This document shows positions 17,653 to 27,195 of a stretch of 64,000 nucleotides of DNA, piece by piece. The notes beneath the pieces are model-generated. The model was not told the DNA's origin and ran no database searches. It saw only the letters and a program-made list of their open reading frames with translations. Source of the DNA: Hyalangium minutum (lineage in GTDB: Bacteria > Myxococcota > Myxococcia > Myxococcales > Myxococcaceae); the NCBI RefSeq assembly GCF_000737315.1, contig NZ_JMCB01000002.1, positions 1 to 64,000 on the forward strand. Reading direction: 5' to 3'. Each line of letters starts with the position of its first letter. Position 1 is the first letter of the stretch. The translations under genes and the position numbers were made by a program.

Positions 17653-18209
17653 TTGCCACCTCGCGAGGCCGTGGTCCGGGGACCCACCACGGGGAAGAGC
17701 TTGGCCTTGCTCGCATGCGCGGCCAGCTCCTCGGAGGTGATCTTCTCGGAGTGCGTCTCGAGCGCCTGGAGTTGCTTCACGGCCTCCTGGAGGTCCACAT
17801 CCTGCTTGCCCTGACCATACTTGATGGCGCCATCGCTCAGGCCCCTCACCGCCGCGCCCGAGCTGGCGAAGACCCCGGCGTTCACCTCTTTCTTCCCCCC
17901 GTCCTGGGCGACGAGCTCCATGCTGGGGGCCTGCTTGGAGAGGTTGGACTGGAAGACCACGCCCTGCTTGCCAGACACCTTCACGTGGTGCCACTGCTTG
18001 GCCTTCGGGTCCGCGCCCAGCCACTCCACCGTCTGGCCCGGCTGGAGGATGGCCACCACGTTGGCGGTGGGGGCCGAGCTGGCCATCAGCCGGGTGTTCC
18101 GGGCCTTCACATACAAGGTGGTGGCCTGGGTCTCCGCCGCCCCGGCGGGGCCCAGGGCACACAGGCTCAAGGCGGCGGCCAGCAGTCGGACTTTCTTGCG
18201 CATGGGCAT
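17649..18209 (-). CDS. Secreted SH3-like domain protein
   Basis: Signal peptide; LYVKARNTRLMASSAPTANVVAILQPGQTVEWLG...WHHVKVSGKQGVVFQSNL. Confidence 0.78.
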   Translation of the reverse strand: MPMRKKVRLLAAALSLCALGPAGAAETQATTLYVKARNTRLMASSAPTANVVAILQPGQTVEWLGADPKAKQWHHVKVSGKQGVVFQSNLSKQAPSMELVAQDGGKKEVNAGVFASSGAAVRGLSDGAIKYGQGKQDVDLQEAVKQLQALETHSEKITSEELAAHASKAKLFPVVGPRTTASRGGK

Positions 18210-18219
18210 CGTGAGCACC

Positions 18220-20583
18220 TTATGACTTGTCCAGGCTCGTGACGCCATCCCACTCAGGGGGAGGAGGCGTCTCCGCGTACTCCTGGCAGCGCTTGAGCAG
18301 GGCGGCGGTGGGGCCATCCTGCGGAGCCCTCGACAGCTGTGTGTCCAGCACGATGGACGCCTCCGAGAAGCGCCGCAGCCGGTAGAGCGCCAGCGCCTCG
18401 TGGTAGCGATTCACCGTCTCGCGCTTCTCCGAGGACAGCTCGCCCCGGAGCGCCAGCAGCTCGTACACCCGCACCGCCTCCTTCTTCCCCGCCACGCGGA
18501 CCTGATCCAGCTCGCGTACCTCGATGGAGTCCTTGGCCAGCTCGTAGGTGCGAGGGCCTATCATGATCAGCGAGCCGTAGGCCTTGTTCGCGCCCTCCAG
18601 CCGCGAGGCCAGGTTCATACCGTCGCCCATGGCCGTGTAGTCGAAGAGCTGATCGCTGCCGAAGTTGCCCACGAAGAGCCTGGCGGTGTTGATGCCGATG
18701 CGCGTGTACACGTCCGGCAAGTTCTTCTCCCGGAACTCCTCCCGGAGCCGTTCCACCGCCGTCTGCACCGCCAGCGCTCCCTTGCACGCGCGCACCGCGT
18801 GGTCCGAGTGGTTCACCGGCGCGCCGAACAGGCACACCACCGCGTCGCCGATGTACTTGTCCAGGCAGCCGCCCTCGTACAGCAGCGCCGAGCTCACCCG
18901 CGTCAGGTACCGGTTCAGCACGCTGACCAGCATGCGCGGGTTGTCCCGGAAGCTCTCGGAGAAGCTGGAGAAGCCTCGGATGTCACTGAAGAACGCGGTG
19001 ATCTCCCGCTCCTCGCCATCCAGCCGGGGCAGCTCGCTCTCCTCGATCATCTGCTCGATGAGCTTCGGCTCCATGTACCGGCTGAACGCCTCGCGGATGA
19101 ACAGGGCCTCGCGGTTGGCGAACAGGTGGTTGGAGGCCGTGGCCCCCAGGCTCGACAGCAAGCCGGCCGCCGCCGGCAGCGCCGCCAGTGGGTGCACACG
19201 CCCCAGCGCCAGGCAGACGCCCACCCCCATGAACACCACGGGCACGATGCCCAGCAGCCACACGAACTCCAGCACCGGCCGCCGCAGCGTCATCAGCAAC
19301 ACCGACGAGAACAGCGCCAACCCCAGCCCGAAGAGCACGCTGACCCAGAACGGAGTCTCGGTGATGAAGCGGCCCGCCAGCAGGTTGTCCAGCACTGCCA
19401 CCTGCTTGCTCACGCCCGGGGTGAGCGCCATGAACGGCGTGGACTTCTGGTCCGCCAGCCCCAGCGCCAGGCCGCCCACGACGACGATCTTCCCGCGCAG
19501 CACCTCCAGGTCCTCCTTCCGCCCGGCCTTGCCTTCCTGGCGCAGCCCCCACGAGTCCAGGACATCGGCGACCGGGACAAGAGGGAAGCGCTGGTAGAGG
19601 GTGCCGCCGAAGTCGATCTCCGCGCTGCCGTCCTCGTTCACCTGGAACTCGCGCGAGCCCAGCCGCATCGTCCGGCCGGAGAACTCCAGCTCCTTCGCGC
19701 CGAACAGGTCCGCGGCCAGCGCCACCGGGAGCGTGACGAACGGGTTCACCCCATCCGAGTACGCGAAGCGGGTGCGCCGCATGCTCCCGTCCGGATCCGG
19801 CTCCACTTCCACCAACCCGAAGCCCCCCGCCTCCGGCAGGAGGACCGGCAGGGGAGGCACGATGTGGCTTGGCACGCGCAGGCCCGGCGTGGGCTCGTAC
19901 TCCAGGAGCGGCAGCTCGCGCCCATTCGTCTTCACAGGAAAGGCCAGCACCTTGGCAGTCTCGATGGGATCCGTGGGCGCCTGGGAGGGGTCCTCCTGCT
20001 CCTCGAACTCCTCGGCCTGCTGCGGCGCGGCATCCTGCCCAGGCGCCTGCGCGGGGAGCGGGCGGGGGGGCGTGAGCGCTCTCGGGACGTGGACGGGATC
20101 CACTTTCGGGAAGGGCGGCGTGCTCGGATGCGCGGACATGCCCAGGTAGAAGGGCATGCCCGTGTCTCGCACCGCCTGCGCGAAGCTCTCGTCCGTGCTC
20201 GGATCCGTGCTGCGCTCGTCCATCACCATGTCGAAGAGCACGGCCTTCGCGCCTCGGTACGCCAGCTCATCCACCACATGGGCCCACAAGTTGCGGGTCC
20301 ACGGATAGTTGCCGAAGTTGCGCGCGTAGGTGGGGTTGTTGCGCACTCGCTCCAGGCTCGGCTGATCAATGGCCAGCACGACGATGTCGGAGGACACTCC
20401 CTGGCGGTGGGTGAAGCGCGTGAGAGCGCTGTCATAGAGGATGCGCTCCAGGTTGGGCAGCCACAGCAATCCCAGCTTCCAGCTCCCCGCGGCCACGGCC
20501 GTGGCCGCCACCGCCATGCCCACCATCAGCGCCAGGTGGTTGCGGAGGCGCAGCCGTAGGATCCTCCCAGCGTCACTCGCCAT
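18220..20583 (-). CDS. CHASE2-domain class III adenylate cyclase with C-terminal TPR-like tail
   Basis: DIVVLAID CHASE2 start, three TM helices, FSDIRGFS, DKYIGDAV, YTAMGDGMNLASRLE. Confidence 0.92.
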   Translation of the reverse strand: MASDAGRILRLRLRNHLALMVGMAVAATAVAAGSWKLGLLWLPNLERILYDSALTRFTHRQGVSSDIVVLAIDQPSLERVRNNPTYARNFGNYPWTRNLWAHVVDELAYRGAKAVLFDMVMDERSTDPSTDESFAQAVRDTGMPFYLGMSAHPSTPPFPKVDPVHVPRALTPPRPLPAQAPGQDAAPQQAEEFEEQEDPSQAPTDPIETAKVLAFPVKTNGRELPLLEYEPTPGLRVPSHIVPPLPVLLPEAGGFGLVEVEPDPDGSMRRTRFAYSDGVNPFVTLPVALAADLFGAKELEFSGRTMRLGSREFQVNEDGSAEIDFGGTLYQRFPLVPVADVLDSWGLRQEGKAGRKEDLEVLRGKIVVVGGLALGLADQKSTPFMALTPGVSKQVAVLDNLLAGRFITETPFWVSVLFGLGLALFSSVLLMTLRRPVLEFVWLLGIVPVVFMGVGVCLALGRVHPLAALPAAAGLLSSLGATASNHLFANREALFIREAFSRYMEPKLIEQMIEESELPRLDGEEREITAFFSDIRGFSSFSESFRDNPRMLVSVLNRYLTRVSSALLYEGGCLDKYIGDAVVCLFGAPVNHSDHAVRACKGALAVQTAVERLREEFREKNLPDVYTRIGINTARLFVGNFGSDQLFDYTAMGDGMNLASRLEGANKAYGSLIMIGPRTYELAKDSIEVRELDQVRVAGKKEAVRVYELLALRGELSSEKRETVNRYHEALALYRLRRFSEASIVLDTQLSRAPQDGPTAALLKRCQEYAETPPPPEWDGVTSLDKS

Positions 20584-20673
20584 GCTTCATCCCCATGGGC
20601 GCGGACTCTATGTCACCTTGTCCGTGCGCAGCAGCCGCCTCGGGTGCATTAGACTGGGGGGGCTGCCAGCGGG

Positions 20674-21252
20674 GTGGGCTTGGAACTCGAGAAGCAAGGG
20701 CGTGAGAAGTTCTCCGGCAACACATTCCTGGCCTATCTCCAGGGCCTGGACGCACTGGGCTTGCGCTCCGTGGTGCGCGCCATGGTGCCGCCGCGCGTGC
20801 AGCGGATGATGGACCATCCGCCCGCCCCCACCGCATGGCTGGACACAGACGAGCTGCCGCTCATCTTCAACGCGGTGATGAAGCTCCAGGGCCTGGAGGG
20901 CATGCGCAAGCTGGGGTACGCGGCGACGCAGGGCACCACGGCCCGCTTCCTCCAGCCGTTGATTCAGCTGACGCTGTCGAAGCAGGGCCGCCACCCAAGC
21001 GTGCTCTTGTCGCAGCTGTCCTCCATCTTCCGCCCCTTCTTCCAGGGGATCGACTTCCACTACAAGCAGGAGGGACCGCGCTCGGGCGTGCTGCAGATTC
21101 GCTCGGTCACGCCCATGGGCGCTGCGTCCTGGGCCGCCTGGGAGGGCACGCTGCGCATCCTCTACGACGAGTGCGGCGTGAGCACGGGCGTTGTCGGACA
21201 CAGCCAGATCTCCGAGCAGGGCCGCCTGGCGACCCTGAAGGTGCGCTGGTAG
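20674..21252 (+). CDS. Myxobacterial hypothetical protein (tentatively DUF2378/V4R-like)
   Basis: Clean ORF filling the gap; family resemblance from recall only. Confidence 0.6.
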   Translation: MGLELEKQGREKFSGNTFLAYLQGLDALGLRSVVRAMVPPRVQRMMDHPPAPTAWLDTDELPLIFNAVMKLQGLEGMRKLGYAATQGTTARFLQPLIQLTLSKQGRHPSVLLSQLSSIFRPFFQGIDFHYKQEGPRSGVLQIRSVTPMGAASWAAWEGTLRILYDECGVSTGVVGHSQISEQGRLATLKVRW

Positions 21253-21396
21253 TCCCAGAGAGCGGGCACCCAGCCGAGCCACCGTCCCAGCCCGTGGAGT
21301 CCCAGCCACGGACTTCAGTCCATTGCCGCGAGCCGAGGCGTGTCGAAGCTTTAGCCGCGACTCATTCACCCCTGTGTGAACTCAAAGGAGCGGGAC

Positions 21397-22602
21397 GTGG
21401 CCCTGGATCTCTTCAAGGAGAAGGGGGTGCCGCTGGATCGACAGGTCTTCACCTGGAAGGACCTGGTTCAGCGCACCTATAGCAAGCTGGATGACGACGC
21501 CTTCACCCGCGTCCGTGTCATCCTGATGAATGGCATCGAGGCCGATTCACTGCGCTTCAAGCACATCGCGGCCCGCTTCAGCCGCCAACTGCGCGAGCCG
21601 CTCGCGCTCATCCGCCGCATGGAGCACCACCAGCAGACGATGGTGAACTGGCTCAACCCCGCGGACCAGAACCCGCTGGAGACGACGCTCGGCTTCGAGC
21701 AGGTGGCCATTGAAGTCACCGCCAGTGTGGCCCAGCGCGAGCCGGACCCGTACATGGCGCAGACGTACCGCTTTGGGCTGCTCGAGGACTTTGACCACCT
21801 GTACCGGTATGCCGCCCTGTACGACCGGCTGGAGGGCAAGGATCCGAACTCCCTCATCCAGTCCTACTCGGACATCCGTCCGGGCCGACCCACCGCGGTG
21901 GAGCACCGCCACCCGCTGGATGATCTGCGGCGGCCGTACGACATGCGCACGGCACACCCGCTCACCAAGATTCACGCGCTGCTCATCACCGCGGCCGAGT
22001 TCCAGACGCACGACTACTACATGACCATTGGTCCGATGTTCGCGGACCCCGTGGCCCGCCAGCTCTACGCGGAGATCGCCTCCATCGAGGAGCAGCACGT
22101 CACCCAGTACGGCTCGCTGGTGGATCCGGACGAGTCGCTGCTGGAGAAGTGGATGCTGCACGAGGCCATGGAGCTGTACTGCTACCAGTCGTGCCTGGCC
22201 TACGAGGGCAACCCGCGCGTGAAGGCCATCTGGGAGCGCTTCATGGACTACGAGCTGGGCCACCTCCACTACGTGATGGAGCTGTTCCAGCGGCTCGAGG
22301 GGCGTGATCCCGCTGAGGTGCTGCCGGCCACGCTGCCCGACCCCGTGGAGTTCAAGAGCCACCGCGAGTTCGTGCGCCGCGTGCTGAACCAGGAGGTGGA
22401 TCTGCGCGCCAACGGGCCGGACTTCGTGGACAAGGCGGAGCTGTCGCCGGGACACCGCTCGATTGTCTACCGCGACGCGCTCAACGCCGAGGGCTCGCCG
22501 TCCGAGACGGCCGCCGCGGGCTACCAGTGGACGCCGGGCACCGAGGTGGCGGCGCGCGGACAGCGCCTCGTCACCGGGCCGGAAGGGAGGCTGCAGTCAT
22601 GA
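21397..22602 (+). CDS. Ferritin-like superfamily protein with two four-helix-bundle repeats
   Basis: Several ExxH motifs (EHHQ, EDFDH, EFQTH, EEQH, ELGH); AAAGGAG RBS before GTG 21397. Confidence 0.75.
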   Translation: MALDLFKEKGVPLDRQVFTWKDLVQRTYSKLDDDAFTRVRVILMNGIEADSLRFKHIAARFSRQLREPLALIRRMEHHQQTMVNWLNPADQNPLETTLGFEQVAIEVTASVAQREPDPYMAQTYRFGLLEDFDHLYRYAALYDRLEGKDPNSLIQSYSDIRPGRPTAVEHRHPLDDLRRPYDMRTAHPLTKIHALLITAAEFQTHDYYMTIGPMFADPVARQLYAEIASIEEQHVTQYGSLVDPDESLLEKWMLHEAMELYCYQSCLAYEGNPRVKAIWERFMDYELGHLHYVMELFQRLEGRDPAEVLPATLPDPVEFKSHREFVRRVLNQEVDLRANGPDFVDKAELSPGHRSIVYRDALNAEGSPSETAAAGYQWTPGTEVAARGQRLVTGPEGRLQS

Positions 22603-23357
22603 AGAAGACGTCCAGTGATGTGGGGCTCAACCGCACGGGCATCCAGACTTCGCCCATCGACAGCAAGGAGGCCATCGAAGGCGCGAAGGCGGGCATCCCT
22701 AGCTCCATGGGCACCGAGGCTGGCATCCTCGAGGTGCGTGCCATCTACGCCCGGGAGAGCGACGGCTTGGGCACGGTCCCCGTGCCGGCCACCCTCAAGG
22801 GCATGTTCACCACGGCCAAGGAGCTGCTGAAGGGCAACAAGCCCACGGTGTTCATCGACAAGCTGGGCGAGCGGCTCAGCTTCGAGCGCACGGGCGTGAG
22901 GCTCTACGAGGCGGCCCTGGGCAAGTTCGACATCCACGGCACGTGGGCGGGTGGGCCCTCGCGGGAACAGCTGGAGAAGATCCTCAGCGATGAGCTGTCT
23001 CACTTCGTCCTCATCCGCGAGGCCATCGAGAGGCTGGGCGCGGATCCGACGGCGCTCACGCCCTCGGCGGATCTGGTGGCGGTGGCGTCCATGGGGATTC
23101 CGCAGGTGCTGCAGGATCCGCGCACCAACCTCATTCAGTGCCTGGAGGCGCTGATGGTGGCGGAGCTGACGGACAACTCGGGCTGGGAGCTGCTCATCGA
23201 GCTGGCCGAGGGCTTGGGGCAGACCGAGCTCGTCGAGCAGTTCGAGGCCGCGCTGGGCGTGGAGGCCGAGCACCTCCAGTTGGTGCGCCGGTGGCTCATC
23301 GCCGGGGTGACGGGCGAGGCCGGTGTCCGCGAGGAGGCGGGCATCCCCGCGATGTAG
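22599..23357 (+). CDS. Ferritin-like domain protein
   Basis: ERLSFERTGVRLYE, DELSH, ELTDNSGWELL, EAEH; ATGA overlap with the upstream gene. Confidence 0.85.
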   Translation: MKKTSSDVGLNRTGIQTSPIDSKEAIEGAKAGIPSSMGTEAGILEVRAIYARESDGLGTVPVPATLKGMFTTAKELLKGNKPTVFIDKLGERLSFERTGVRLYEAALGKFDIHGTWAGGPSREQLEKILSDELSHFVLIREAIERLGADPTALTPSADLVAVASMGIPQVLQDPRTNLIQCLEALMVAELTDNSGWELLIELAEGLGQTELVEQFEAALGVEAEHLQLVRRWLIAGVTGEAGVREEAGIPAM

Positions 23358-23372
23358 TGCCCATCTTCAGGG

Positions 23373-23409
23373 GGGAGAGCGGTGGAGGGTCCGCTCTCCC
23401 TTTCTTTTT
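23373..23409 (+). terminator. Rho-independent terminator after the ferritin-like pair
   Basis: 10-bp stem GGGAGAGCGG/CCGCTCTCCC, 8-nt loop, TTTCTTTTT tail. Confidence 0.85.
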
Positions 23410-23424
23410 GCCTGGAGGAACAGC

Positions 23425-23937
23425 ATGCAGCCGAGCCCAGCGTTGAAGAGCCCGTCGTTGAGAGCGGAGTCCGCCGCAGCACTCGGTGTCTTTGGTGCCC
23501 TGACTGCGGGGGCAGGCGCTCTGGGGGCGCTCGTGACGGACCATGGGACCCAGCTCTGGTACCGGCGGCTGCGCAAGCCTCCGTTCCAGCCGCCCAGCGC
23601 CGTGTTCGGACCGGTGTGGACGGTGCTGTACGGCCTCATGGCCGTGTCTGCCTGGCGGGTGTGGAACCGGCCGGCCGGGCCTGCTCGCTCGCGGGCTCTG
23701 GGGCTGTGGGCGCTCCAGCTTGGCTTCAATGCCGCGTGGAGCTGGCTCTTCTTCGGGAAGCGCCTCAAGCGGACTGCGCTCGCGGACATCGGCGCGCTCG
23801 GAGCCAGCATCGCGGCCTATATCGCGGCGGCCCGGAAGGTGGACAAGCCGGCCGCGGCCCTGGTGGCGCCGTACCTGGGATGGGTGTGCTTCGCTGGCCT
23901 CCTCAATGAGGAGCTTGTCCGCAGGAACCCGTCTTGA
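23425..23937 (+). CDS. tspO: TspO/MBR family tryptophan-rich sensory protein
   Basis: WYRRLRKPPFQPPSAVFGPVWTVLY, LQLGFNAAWSWLFFG, APYLGWVCFA; GGAGG RBS. Confidence 0.93.
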   Translation: MQPSPALKSPSLRAESAAALGVFGALTAGAGALGALVTDHGTQLWYRRLRKPPFQPPSAVFGPVWTVLYGLMAVSAWRVWNRPAGPARSRALGLWALQLGFNAAWSWLFFGKRLKRTALADIGALGASIAAYIAAARKVDKPAAALVAPYLGWVCFAGLLNEELVRRNPS

Positions 23938-23994
23938 TGCGCACCTGGACGTCCGGGGGAGCAGGGAGGCACCCCCCGGGCGTTGGGTCAGCTG

Positions 23995-24276
23995 CTAGAA
24001 ACACTCAGTGCTGTACTGCGAGTACGTGCTCGTCCTGCCCCACACGGACCATGAGCCGCAGTAGCAACCCCTGCCGCCGATCTGCGTGGAGTACGTCGCG
24101 TCGCTGAAATACGCCGTGTAGTAAGTCTCCCCCGCACAGTCCGGAATGGCATCTTCGCGGGTCTGCAGGTTGGACGGCGACGGCTCCTGCGTGGCCTCGT
24201 CGGCAACGCTACCGCCACAGCCCACCATCAGACCCATCACCAGCGACAGACTCGCAGCCCACATCGCGTTCTTCAT
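23995..24276 (-). CDS. Small Cys-containing lipoprotein (DUF6289-like, tentative)
   Basis: LMVGC lipobox; YFSDATYSTQIGGRGCYC. Confidence 0.7.
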   Translation of the reverse strand: MKNAMWAASLSLVMGLMVGCGGSVADEATQEPSPSNLQTREDAIPDCAGETYYTAYFSDATYSTQIGGRGCYCGSWSVWGRTSTYSQYSTECF

Positions 24277-24445
24277 GTGACCCTCCCGTACAGAAAGTGA
24301 AGGGCTGAACGTTAAGCCCGGGATTTCGGGAGGCTCAAGAAAAGTCGCAGCCGCCTTGCACGGGACGTGTGGGCCGTCCCGCCTCAACGAAAACTTTCAG
24401 AAAGTCCTTCGGGAAGATCTGCGCGGCCCGCCGTTCCAGAGGGGA

Positions 24446-25099
24446 ATGAACGCGGTTGCCCTACACAACATTGGCTTGCTCGCTGCTCCTCGGGTTGGTC
24501 GGTACTTGACTGTGCGTGACTGGGCTGCGAAGGCTGCCACCTTCGTGGATTCCCGGTCTCTCTCAGAGCCCACCGTTGATAGCCGGTGGTTCGCCGCGTT
24601 CATCCGGGAGCACGAGTCCGTCCTCCAGGCCACTGCGCTGCGCTTGTGCGGCAACCCCACGGATGCCCGGGATTTGGTCCAGGACACTCTGGAGCGTGGG
24701 CTGAAGAACCTGTCCCGCTACAAGCCGGGCACGGATGGGCGCGCATGGCTGCTCACCATCCTCCACCACATCTTCATCGACCGGTGCCGCTCGCGCACCC
24801 GGGAGCGCCGCGCGGATGTGTCCGCCGAGGATGTGGAGGAGAAGGTCGCCGCCCCCGAGCCCGACGCCCAGCCCGCCTGGGCCGCCATCAGCCCCGAGCA
24901 GCTGCGCGAGGCCCTGGACAAGATTCCCGAGGAGTTCCGCCTCGTCTACCAGCTGCACTCGCTGGAGGGGCGCTCCTATATCGAGATCGCGGAGCGGCTT
25001 GGCATCCCCAAGGCCACCGTGGGCACGCGGCTCATCCGCGCGCGCCGCCGCCTGAAGGAGTTGCTGATGCCCACTGTGACCGGAGGCGCCGAGGCATGA
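24446..25099 (+). CDS. ECF RNA polymerase sigma factor
   Basis: DARDLVQDT, AWLLTILHHIFID (region 2); SYIEIAERLGIPKATVGTRLIRARRRL (region 4). Confidence 0.93.
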   Translation: MNAVALHNIGLLAAPRVGRYLTVRDWAAKAATFVDSRSLSEPTVDSRWFAAFIREHESVLQATALRLCGNPTDARDLVQDTLERGLKNLSRYKPGTDGRAWLLTILHHIFIDRCRSRTRERRADVSAEDVEEKVAAPEPDAQPAWAAISPEQLREALDKIPEEFRLVYQLHSLEGRSYIEIAERLGIPKATVGTRLIRARRRLKELLMPTVTGGAEA

Positions 25100-26859
25100 G
25101 CGGCATGGGCGACATGGGCGAGGACATCCATGACCTCGTGCACGCGTTCGCGGACGGGGAGCTGGAGCCCTCAGAGGCCGAGGCCTTCCGCGAGCACCTC
25201 GGCACCTGCGAGCAGTGCCAGGCCGAGCTGGATGACATTCTCCAACTCCAGGCGCTGAGCGGGCGGCTGGCCTCGATGGAGGCGAAGCAGGCTCCGGCTC
25301 CCGAGACGGTGGCGCCTCCTGTGGAGAGGGCCCGGCCTGTCGAGGCGGCGCGGAAGACCGAGGAGGCGGCGGCTTCTTCTCGCGCCTTCCGCCCCGCGTG
25401 GAGCCGCCGCCGGCGCGTGGGCCTGAGCGTGGTGCTGGGTGGTGCGCTGGCCGCAGCCTTTGCCCTGGCCGTGCTGCGGACGCCGGGCCTGGAGGGTGGG
25501 AACACTCCCGAGACGCTCGCGCTGGCCCCCACCCGCTCCACCGAGGCGCGGCTGAGCTACGGCGGTGCCAGTGGCTGGCGGCCCTACGGCGTGAAGCGCT
25601 CCGGCAACGAGCGCCCCGTGGAGCGCGTGCCGCTGGAGACGCAGGCGAAGCTGGAGAAGAAGAGCGACCTGCACGGCCTGGCCACCACCTTCCTGCTGCA
25701 GGGCGAGAAGGATCAGGCCGCCGAGTACCTCGGCAAGCTCTCCTCCTCGCCGGACGTGGACAGCGATCGCGCGGTGGTGGCGCTGTCGAAGGGCGCGCTG
25801 GAGGAGGCGCTCAGCCTGCTGGAGGGCGTGCTCGAGAAGGCGCCGAACCACGCTCCCGCGCTGTGGAACCGTGGCCTGGTGCTGCGTGAGCTGGGGTTGG
25901 ATCTGCTGGCCGCCGAGAGCTTCGGCAAGGTGGCTGCGCTCAACGAGCCCGGCTGGAGTGACGAGGCCCGCGAGCGCAAGGCGCAGCTGGAGCGTCAGGG
26001 CCAGGAGCGCCACAACCGCTGGAAGGCCGTGTGGGACGCCGGCAATCGCATGGTGGCCGATGGCACGCTGCTGACGGACAGCCAGGTGCGTGACGCTCCG
26101 CCCATGGCGCGCCGCTCCCTGTACCTGGCCGCCTGGACCGCTCCCACCGCTGAGCGGGTGCTCGCGCTGCGGCCCGTGGCCCAGGCACTCGATGCGCACT
26201 ACGGCGGCAGGGTGCTGGAGACCTACCTGGAGCGCACCGCGAAGCGGGACTTCGCCACGCGCGCCCCGCTGGCCGCCACCTTCTCCCAGGGGCTCGAGGG
26301 CAAGCTGGACGCCACCGCGGGGGAGGCCTTCATCCGCCAGCTCCAGGCCTCGGGCGAGCAGGACATCCTCCTGGGCGCGCTCTCACTGCTCGGCATGCTC
26401 CCGGCGCGGGTGGACCTGTATGAGGCGGCCGCGCGCTCGCTGGGAGACCCCTGGTTCCTGATGAGCGCCCAGCTCCAGCGGGCCCAGGCGCAGCTCGCTG
26501 CCCGTGAGCTCGGGCAGGCGGAGGCCACGCTGCGCACCGCGCTCCCCGAGTGCGAGCAGCAGCACCTCGACTCCCGCTGCGCCGAGCTGGAGCAGATGCT
26601 CGTGGAGCTCTACACGCTGGATCACCGTCTGTCCGAGGCCGGTGAGCTGGCCCGCAAGGGGCTCACCCGCGCCCAGCAGATGAACGAGGCGGGCCTGGAG
26701 GTCCGATTCCTACAGAACCTCGAGCAGATCGCCCGCTTCCAGAAGGGCTTAGCCCTGGCGCGCGCGTACCTCCAGGAGTCCGCCCTGCGCGAGCCGGACT
26801 CCTGCCCCACGCAGATCCACGTGCACGCCTGTCGCTGTTGGCCGTTGTGTGTGCCGTGA
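25096..26859 (+). CDS. Anti-sigma zinc-finger (HxxxCxxC) / TM / TPR protein, apparently truncated at its C-terminus
   Basis: HLGTCEQC, TM VGLSVVLGGALAAAFALAVL, TPR helices; ATGA overlap with the sigma gene; ends abruptly in HVHACRCWPLCVP. Confidence 0.75.
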   Translation: MSGMGDMGEDIHDLVHAFADGELEPSEAEAFREHLGTCEQCQAELDDILQLQALSGRLASMEAKQAPAPETVAPPVERARPVEAARKTEEAAASSRAFRPAWSRRRRVGLSVVLGGALAAAFALAVLRTPGLEGGNTPETLALAPTRSTEARLSYGGASGWRPYGVKRSGNERPVERVPLETQAKLEKKSDLHGLATTFLLQGEKDQAAEYLGKLSSSPDVDSDRAVVALSKGALEEALSLLEGVLEKAPNHAPALWNRGLVLRELGLDLLAAESFGKVAALNEPGWSDEARERKAQLERQGQERHNRWKAVWDAGNRMVADGTLLTDSQVRDAPPMARRSLYLAAWTAPTAERVLALRPVAQALDAHYGGRVLETYLERTAKRDFATRAPLAATFSQGLEGKLDATAGEAFIRQLQASGEQDILLGALSLLGMLPARVDLYEAAARSLGDPWFLMSAQLQRAQAQLAARELGQAEATLRTALPECEQQHLDSRCAELEQMLVELYTLDHRLSEAGELARKGLTRAQQMNEAGLEVRFLQNLEQIARFQKGLALARAYLQESALREPDSCPTQIHVHACRCWPLCVP

Positions 26860-26871
26860 GCTCCGGAGCGC

Positions 26872-27048
26872 TCAGTTTCGGAAGCGCGTGGGCTTCAGCG
26901 GGTTGAGCGCGAGCATGACGGCGAAGTAGCGGGCCTGCACCTCGTTGGTGCAGTGCACTTCCTGAATGCGGCCGCCCATCTTCACTCGAATGAGCCAGCC
27001 ATCCTTCTCGCGAGTCAGCGTGGGGGTTTCGGTCGTCATTGGGTCCAT
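26872..27048 (-). CDS. Small myxobacterial hypothetical protein
   Basis: TPTLTREKDGWLIRVKMGGRIQEVHCTNEVQARYF; resembles a recurrent Myxococcales small-protein family (recall). Confidence 0.6.
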   Translation of the reverse strand: MDPMTTETPTLTREKDGWLIRVKMGGRIQEVHCTNEVQARYFAVMLALNPLKPTRFRN

Positions 27049-27195
27049 TCCTGGGTGTTGAGCCAGCCTCCCACCTTTCTCATTAGCAGCCTGCATGCCA
27101 GTCTCCGGAGCGTGGGATTGCGGGCGTTTGGCCGCCCCTGGCGAACACCGGTGGACAGGGGAGCTGTCATTCTTGCAGACCCGTCTGCAAGAACT

